The notes under the pieces: generated by a model
The model's database searches: none
Told to the model about the DNA's origin: nothing
Seen by the model: the letters and a program-made list of their open reading frames with translations, nothing else
Translations under genes and position numbers: made by a program
Shown here: piece after piece, positions 29,660 through 35,921 of the stretch
Layout: each line of letters opens with the position of its first letter
Numbering within the stretch: position 1 is the stretch's first letter
Assembly (NCBI GenBank): GCA_030592355.1
Contig: JAUVJE010000001.1
Span: 1-35,921 of the forward strand
Direction of reading: 5' to 3'
Length of the DNA stretch: 35,921 bases
Source: Clostridia bacterium
GTDB lineage: Bacteria > Bacillota > Clostridia > DUPQ01

Positions 29660-31549
29660 ATGATTGTCCACAATTCAAGGGATTTATTCTATAGAACTCC
29701 ATTTGGCGCCGTTGAAAACGGAACCACGGTTGTTTTACGGCTTTTATTCAGCGAAGAACAAATTCCTGAACAATGCAGGTGCAACCTTTGGCGTAAAAAC
29801 TATGAACTTGAAATTAACATGAAGTTTTCATCAGAAAGCAAAAGTTTTGAGTGTGCCTTGGTCGCAGATAGCGACGGCGCCCCCCTTTGGTACTATTTCG
29901 TTTTTATCTACTCTGACGGACGCATGTTATTCTATGGTAATAATACTGATCTTCTCGGCGGCATTGGCAGCATATATGAATCTAATCCGCCTTCCTATCA
30001 GATAACTGTTTACGACAGCGGATTTCTGACACCCCGTTGGTGGCGAGAAGGTCCTGTTTATCATATTTTTGTAGACAGATTTTCCAAATCCAAGTTGTAC
30101 TCCCCTGAACGAAATCCTGATTTCTACTATCATGAAAACTGGTATAGCGAGCCATTACACCTTCCGCACAACGGCTGTCCAAAATATTTCCCCAACGATT
30201 ATTTCGGCGGTAATCTACAGGGCATCACAGAAAAACTGGGCTATATAAGTAGTCTCGGCATCAGAACAATTTACCTTTCTCCCGTGTTTGAAGCTCACTC
30301 CAATCACAAATATGATACAGCTGATTACATGAAAATAGATCCGGCTTTCGGAACCAATGAAATATTTGAGGAACTATGCAATAAAGCTTCTGCCATGGGT
30401 ATGAATGTCATTCTTGACGGTGTCTTTTCGCACACCGGTGACAATAGCATTTATTTCAATAAGTACGACAAATATGATTCCTGCGGAGCTTATCAATCAG
30501 TTGAATCACCTTATTATGCTTGGTATAGTTTCAAGGAATATCCTGACATATATAAATGCTGGTGGGATGTTGAGACAATGCCCACCGTAAATAAGAATAA
30601 TTCAGATTTTAAAAAATTTATCTGCGGTGAAAAAGGCGTCGTCAGAGATTGGATTAAGCTTGGTGCTTCCGGATGGCGTCTTGATGTAGCAGATGAGCTG
30701 CCCATGGATTTTCTAAAGGAACTGCGTAAAGGAGCGAAGAATGAGAACCCGGAAGCACTTATAATCGGCGAGGTATGGGAAGATGCCTCAAACAAAGTTT
30801 CTTATGGCGAGTTACGCAATTATTGTTACGGGGATACCCTGGATTCTGTTATGAACTATCCGGTCCGAAATGCTGTGCTTAACTTCCTAGGTGGTAAAAT
30901 CACCTCCAAAAAAGCAGCGGCAATACTCGAATCCCAACAGGAAAACTATCCTCTGGAATTTTTGAATGCTTCAATGAATCTATTGGGTTCACATGACAGG
31001 GCAAGGCTGAGAACGGTATTGTCAGGAGCACCTGACCCTGATACACTGACCCGGCAGGAACAGGCGGATTACACTCACGACGCCGGTGCCCTTACACTAT
31101 CACACAGCCGTGTTAAATGCGCGGCAGCATTACTATTTATATTACCCGGAGTCCCCTATATTTACTATGGGGATGAAATCGGTGTAACGGGAATGGCTGA
31201 TCCATTCAACAGATATGCTTATCCTTGGGGCAATGAAGATAACGGGCTTCTTGAATTTTTTAAATTCATAGCAAATTATAGAAAAAACAATCCTGTTCTT
31301 ATAGACGGCTATACCCGATACTTCTCTTTTCATGATGATGTGTTCGGATGCCTTAGGATTCTCGGCGATGAATGTATCTTCGCAATAATAAACCGTAATA
31401 CAAATAAATCGCATGGAATCAACATTACAGTCCCCGTTATGTCTCAATTTAAAGATATAACCACAGGGAAGCTATTCTCACCCGGCCCGGACAACTCTTT
31501 TAAACTGGAACTAGCGCCTCTTTCTTACTCAATTCTTACAACCACCTGA
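29660..31549 (+). CDS. GH13 neopullulanase/amylopullulanase-like glucan hydrolase (probable debranching role)
   Basis: GGNLQGI, NHKYDT, LDGVFSH, GWRLDVADE, GEVWED, GSHD, YYGDEIG. Confidence 0.9.
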   Translation: MIVHNSRDLFYRTPFGAVENGTTVVLRLLFSEEQIPEQCRCNLWRKNYELEINMKFSSESKSFECALVADSDGAPLWYYFVFIYSDGRMLFYGNNTDLLGGIGSIYESNPPSYQITVYDSGFLTPRWWREGPVYHIFVDRFSKSKLYSPERNPDFYYHENWYSEPLHLPHNGCPKYFPNDYFGGNLQGITEKLGYISSLGIRTIYLSPVFEAHSNHKYDTADYMKIDPAFGTNEIFEELCNKASAMGMNVILDGVFSHTGDNSIYFNKYDKYDSCGAYQSVESPYYAWYSFKEYPDIYKCWWDVETMPTVNKNNSDFKKFICGEKGVVRDWIKLGASGWRLDVADELPMDFLKELRKGAKNENPEALIIGEVWEDASNKVSYGELRNYCYGDTLDSVMNYPVRNAVLNFLGGKITSKKAAAILESQQENYPLEFLNASMNLLGSHDRARLRTVLSGAPDPDTLTRQEQADYTHDAGALTLSHSRVKCAAALLFILPGVPYIYYGDEIGVTGMADPFNRYAYPWGNEDNGLLEFFKFIANYRKNNPVLIDGYTRYFSFHDDVFGCLRILGDECIFAIINRNTNKSHGINITVPVMSQFKDITTGKLFSPGPDNSFKLELAPLSYSILTTT

Positions 31550-31642
31550 TTCCAACCCGATTCGCGGCTGATTGCACATTAATAGACCGGTTGTGCATTG
31601 TGCTTTATTAAATAAGATGATATCGGAAAATATACAAAATAT

Positions 31643-32335
31643 TCAATCTAAATCTACCGGAACAGAATTACCTATTGCTATTTCACCTTCAGTGACAAAA
31701 CTATCGCACGCTGTTACACGGACACCTTTGCTACGGGCAATTTTTAAAGCTTTGGTAAATTCAGGATCCATAAGCTTATTTGGTTTGAAGTTTTTAGCAG
31801 GTCTGTATTGAATGAGGAACACTATATGGGCTTCATAACCTTCTTTCTTAGCCTCTGCCAGTTCAAGAAGATGTTTTCTGCCCCGTTGGGTAGGAGCGTC
31901 AGGAAACATGGCGGTTCCATTTGAATCCAAAGTCACCCCTTTAATCTCAATGAAACCCCTTGCTCCAAAAACAGTCTCATAATATATATCAAATCTTGAG
32001 TTCCGGAAAACCACTTCTCTTTTTATATAATTCATTTTTGGGAATCCGGCAATCAAGCCATCGCCCAATGCATCATATACCACTTTATTCGGCACCTGGG
32101 AATCGATGTTTATCAACATATCGCCCTTATAAACTGCAATTAGGGAATACTTTGTCTTCCTTTTGGGATTATCGCTTTTTTCAAGAAAAACCCCTACCCC
32201 CGGAATGAGTATTTCTTTACATCGTCCGGTGTTTTTTACATGTACATATTCAACAACGCCTGACATATCAACCAATGCGCCGAAACGATGGAGCCGCTCA
32301 AGAAAAATTCCTTTTGTAATATTACTGTACTTCAT
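31643..32335 (-). CDS. sfsA: SfsA-family DNA/RNA nuclease-like protein
   Basis: FLERLHRF, HVKNTGRCKE, SRFD, IEIKGVTL, FPDAPTQRGRKHL. Confidence 0.95.
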   Translation of the reverse strand: MKYSNITKGIFLERLHRFGALVDMSGVVEYVHVKNTGRCKEILIPGVGVFLEKSDNPKRKTKYSLIAVYKGDMLINIDSQVPNKVVYDALGDGLIAGFPKMNYIKREVVFRNSRFDIYYETVFGARGFIEIKGVTLDSNGTAMFPDAPTQRGRKHLLELAEAKKEGYEAHIVFLIQYRPAKNFKPNKLMDPEFTKALKIARSKGVRVTACDSFVTEGEIAIGNSVPVDLD

Positions 32336-33392
32336 CAACTATTGACCCCATAAACTCCACCTGATCACTGAAATCATCCAGATCGGGCCGAAGTAAAAAC
32401 CACAACCTTGTTTCCTTATTCCTTTTCTCATTAACAGTTTGGAAATATCCCGTCATATTTCCAAAATCACTTACATGATTATCCATGATATTGGGAACGA
32501 AAACAACCGATGAGCCAAAAACCCCGAACAGTTTTTCTATGTCTATATTCGGATAAACAAATTCCAATCCCAGTATATTGATTCCAGATGCAGCAAGATT
32601 ATCGATATGTTGGGAAAACTGACCGCAGCAGTGTATAAAAACTCCTTTAAACTCATCCGCTATTCTTTTAACATAGGGTAAGCCGAATTCCTTATATAAT
32701 TCCGGAGACAACAACGGCATGTAATCCTCGGTTATTCCGACTCCGATATCCCGCGGGAGCCAAATATACGGCCAGAGAGGGGCTTCAATCGCGGGGATCA
32801 TTTCCAGCATTGATTTAATTACACTTATAAGATGTTCTGTAATTATATTCAGGGCGTAATGTACTTTTTCAGGATAATCATACATTGCCATCATAAAATT
32901 CTGTTGTTCCCATAAAAGAGAGAGCGTATTAAGCGGTCCCTGCAAGTCCAGCATAGTACAGGATAAATTTCCATTTCCCGTTCTTTTATTTACGCGCTGC
33001 CATAATTCACAACTCTTTTTCACATCACCGGTGTTCGCCTTTTTAGCCTTTAATGAAGTTACCTCTTCTGCTGTATTTATAACCGGGTAAATCCATATCA
33101 TCCCACCTTCCGGCTTATAAATTTTTCCTCCCCAAAAAGCAGCTGTACTGATAGTGCCAAAATCAATTGCCAGCCTTGGGATATTATATCCGGGTAAATC
33201 TTTTCCGGCCAATAAATTCAGAATAGCATTTTCAATCATGTCATCCAGATTTTCAAGCTGCCTGTATTCATATTTATTTGAATATGCTGAATAAACGGTT
33301 TTAATGCCGCCGTTCCAGAAATTTCTCAGGTGATTTTTGGTATCATGCAGTTTTTGAGGCGGGTACATGGTATTAAAGTCCAATGAAGTCAT
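32322..33392 (-). CDS. Uroporphyrinogen decarboxylase / MtaA-CmuA methyltransferase-like TIM-barrel protein
   Basis: DLQGPLNT, MYDYPEKVH, ED...LSPELYKEFGLPY, IHCCG; start at ATG 33392 behind GGAGGT. Confidence 0.75.
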   Translation of the reverse strand: MTSLDFNTMYPPQKLHDTKNHLRNFWNGGIKTVYSAYSNKYEYRQLENLDDMIENAILNLLAGKDLPGYNIPRLAIDFGTISTAAFWGGKIYKPEGGMIWIYPVINTAEEVTSLKAKKANTGDVKKSCELWQRVNKRTGNGNLSCTMLDLQGPLNTLSLLWEQQNFMMAMYDYPEKVHYALNIITEHLISVIKSMLEMIPAIEAPLWPYIWLPRDIGVGITEDYMPLLSPELYKEFGLPYVKRIADEFKGVFIHCCGQFSQHIDNLAASGINILGLEFVYPNIDIEKLFGVFGSSVVFVPNIMDNHVSDFGNMTGYFQTVNEKRNKETRLWFLLRPDLDDFSDQVEFMGSIVDEVQ

Positions 33393-33396
33393 ATAT

Positions 33397-34917
33397 TTAC
33401 CTCCAGTAATCCTGCGTAGCAAACATCCGGTTTTCATCATTAATCCAGACCCCTACCCCGATATAGTAGAAATTACCCAGTAAAATATCCCTGTGTCCGG
33501 TCTGCGAATTAAGCCAGCCATTTACCATATGTACGGAATCCCTATATCCGAACGCAATATTTTCACCGGCTGATATATATTTAATTCCCTGATTATCAAA
33601 TCTGTCGCCTAAGCCGTCTCCTTCAGGATTATAGTGGGAAAAGAAATCCCGGTCCGCCATATCTTTAGAGTGCAGCACAGCGGCCTTTGCGGCCTGCGTT
33701 TCCCAGACCAGAACCCTCAATCCTTTTTGAATCCTGATTGCATTCGCAATCCCGAACACCTGTGTCTCCAGGGATGTATAAAGTGAATTGTCAATGGGTT
33801 CAATGAACTCATCCAGGGTTTTTTCTTCCATTTTATCATCTATGATTAATAATGCCGTTATTATGTCGTCTTCATATGAATCATAATAATATGTTATATA
33901 ATCACCTTCAGCGGTATGAAAAGTTCCTTTATCTTCATTATCAAGGTTATATATATAGATTATATTTTCATCCGGCTCAGATTTTCTCAACTCCGTCAGG
34001 GGCTCATCATAAACAGCTGTTACTTCGTTTCTGGTCATTCCAATCCTTATATTCCCGTCTCCTCCAAAACCATAGGATGCCGACAGTACGGCTACGACCC
34101 TTTCATTCTCAATACCTACCTGAATGTAGTTTTCCATGTCAGTATCATAAATCATCCAGTAAAAGCCATACCTTGATGTCATACCCCTGTCAGGATTCCC
34201 CAGGACTATCAGGACATATTCAAGCGAATGGCCGATTGATATATCTATACGATTGAGGTCATATTCGGATATAATCCCCATACTTTCTGCCATACCTCTG
34301 TCAACAATACCGTCTGAAACCAATTTTTCAGCAAGAGAAATATCACTTAATTTCATGCCTTCCTTCAAAAATTCAAGTGACAGAAAGACAACATGGCCGC
34401 GCAAAAACACGTTTTTAAGTAATTCTTGATATGTGTTGTGATTGATTATCCCGTTTTCATAAAGAAATTCAAGCGAATTTCCCCATGTGAAATCGTTTGC
34501 CGGAACAGAGTCTGAGTATCCAAGGGCTCTTAATGCAAAAGTTATATAGCTGATCGCTTTCAAAGGCATATATGACCCGAATTCACTATCTGAAATACCT
34601 TTTGTGAGTTTATTGCGGTAAAGATACCCGACATAAGGAGAACCCCACTGCGGTACATCAATGAATGGATGGGCATAATTCTGTTCCAGTGCTTCCTCCT
34701 CCGCTCCCAGCAGCCTTACAAACATAACGGCTCCTTCAAGGCGCGTAGGTTCCCTTTCCAATTCAAATCCAATGTCAGTTCCTTTGAAAAGTCCGAGAGT
34801 ATTCAGTTTGACTGCATATTCATAATGTTCGGAAAGTATCTCCTCTGCAAATATACCGTTTATCAGTACAAAAGTTAATATTAATGTAGTTATCAGAATA
34901 GCAATTCTTTTTTTCAT
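33397..34917 (-). CDS. Secreted SLH-domain protein with CAP-associated and CAP (SCP) domains
   Basis: Signal peptide; LGLFKG...TRLE...RLLG and FIDVPQW SLH-like repeats; SRYGFYW CAP-associated motif; HSKDMA...FFSH, GENIA, WLNS..GH, GVGV CAP motifs. Confidence 0.85.
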   Translation of the reverse strand: MKKRIAILITTLILTFVLINGIFAEEILSEHYEYAVKLNTLGLFKGTDIGFELEREPTRLEGAVMFVRLLGAEEEALEQNYAHPFIDVPQWGSPYVGYLYRNKLTKGISDSEFGSYMPLKAISYITFALRALGYSDSVPANDFTWGNSLEFLYENGIINHNTYQELLKNVFLRGHVVFLSLEFLKEGMKLSDISLAEKLVSDGIVDRGMAESMGIISEYDLNRIDISIGHSLEYVLIVLGNPDRGMTSRYGFYWMIYDTDMENYIQVGIENERVVAVLSASYGFGGDGNIRIGMTRNEVTAVYDEPLTELRKSEPDENIIYIYNLDNEDKGTFHTAEGDYITYYYDSYEDDIITALLIIDDKMEEKTLDEFIEPIDNSLYTSLETQVFGIANAIRIQKGLRVLVWETQAAKAAVLHSKDMADRDFFSHYNPEGDGLGDRFDNQGIKYISAGENIAFGYRDSVHMVNGWLNSQTGHRDILLGNFYYIGVGVWINDENRMFATQDYWR

Positions 34918-35152
34918 AATTCCCCCGTCGGATATAAAGGCTTATGCACATTGGAAGCACCGGATTGCGAAAAGCTCCCCATCACCAAATCATTATATCA
35001 TCAAAGCTATTTTAGTAAAAAACTTGCTTATATTTATACCGGCAGGTTAAATTAGCGGCAAAATTTATACTGGCAGTATATTCAAAACAAGATTGAGCTG
35101 GTGTATATTGTCATTGCCCGTTCCTGCGGAGACCATCGAAAGCGAGACAATC

Positions 35153-35833
35153 ATGAACACAAATAGCTTCGACCAAGTAAATGGACCAATGTATTTCGGG
35201 GATATCGATACCCCAATTTTTGATTATCTGAAAAAACCCCTGGTCACTAAAAATTACCTTCTCCAACCTCTTGGAAATGAACATTTTCTGGACCTATTTG
35301 AGTTCAGATTACAAAATGAACCTCTTGAGAGCGATCCCTTTGAAAACCTCGGCGAAAAATTTGAGGATGCATACACACAGTTTTTCACATATATGTGTAA
35401 TGTAGATAATCTTGCCTGGGTACTGATGGACAGAATATATGTAGTGGGATTTTTTCTTTTGGAAATGGATGTAGACTATAATAATTATATGGGAAGGAAT
35501 GCTCATCTCTACTATGAAATGAGTCGAATAATAAAGGACGCGGAGACTCATGCACAATGTATCAAGGCAATCTCAAACCAGCTGTTCAGTGAATCAGACA
35601 TACCTAAAATCGAATTGCACCTTGATGAGAACGACGATGATAAAGCATGTATATGTGCACTTGAAAATCTTGGTTTTACAAAGGATATAAAAAAAGACTC
35701 GAATATGGGGTACCGTTATTATCTGATAAATGACGATCCGATTTTAAAAAATCCCCCCAGACATATGCCCTTTATAATTAAGGCCTATCAGGATAAGCGG
35801 ACAATGGCCGGCAGAAGCCAGGCAATGAATTAA
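35153..35833 (+). CDS. Hypothetical protein, weak RimJ/RimL-type GNAT-like pattern
   Basis: L-x-T-x-x-x-L-L-x-P-L start, WVL...VVGF, LF...IPKIEL...LENLGF. Start uncertain (TTG 35093 or ATG 35153). Confidence 0.55.
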   Translation: MNTNSFDQVNGPMYFGDIDTPIFDYLKKPLVTKNYLLQPLGNEHFLDLFEFRLQNEPLESDPFENLGEKFEDAYTQFFTYMCNVDNLAWVLMDRIYVVGFFLLEMDVDYNNYMGRNAHLYYEMSRIIKDAETHAQCIKAISNQLFSESDIPKIELHLDENDDDKACICALENLGFTKDIKKDSNMGYRYYLINDDPILKNPPRHMPFIIKAYQDKRTMAGRSQAMN

Positions 35834-35921
35834 CCCACTGCAGTCGATGGTATTCAAAACCAATTCCCCATAGGCCGGTGACAATGTAACCCACAATGCT
35901 AACATACATGATATCTCCAAA

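Noticed and set aside
432..35557. Numerous short ORFs (60-170 aa) overlapping or antisense to the called genes
   Set aside because: Shadow frames of well-supported genes, with no motifs or RBS.

Overview
A low-GC chromosomal segment, probably from a Clostridia-class (Bacillota) bacterium, made up mostly of housekeeping and carbohydrate genes. On the minus strand, left to right: tRNA-Val(UAC), hslO, a SAM methyltransferase, an S41 protease, an M23 peptidase, ftsX, ftsE, a CdaR-like regulator, prs, an N-terminally truncated glmU, two tandem amidohydrolases, spoVG, a MerR-GGDEF fusion with its own MerR-type promoter, and an L-rhamnose cluster (aldolase, isomerase, rhaB, GH106, PHP protein). A divergent plus-strand glycogen operon follows (glgB-C-D-A-P plus a GH13 enzyme). 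The window ends with sfsA, a URO-D-like gene, an SLH/CAP protein and a GNAT-like ORF. The most unusual feature is a ~370 bp non-coding element between glgA and glgP. It is bounded by 21-nt direct repeats that each lie in a hairpin, and it can be folded by eye into many helices plus a possible pseudoknot. It is a candidate large structured RNA or non-autonomous IS200/IS605-like (omega-RNA-like) element. No transposase, integrase, CRISPR array or rRNA gene was seen. All calls come from reading motifs by eye; no searches were run.
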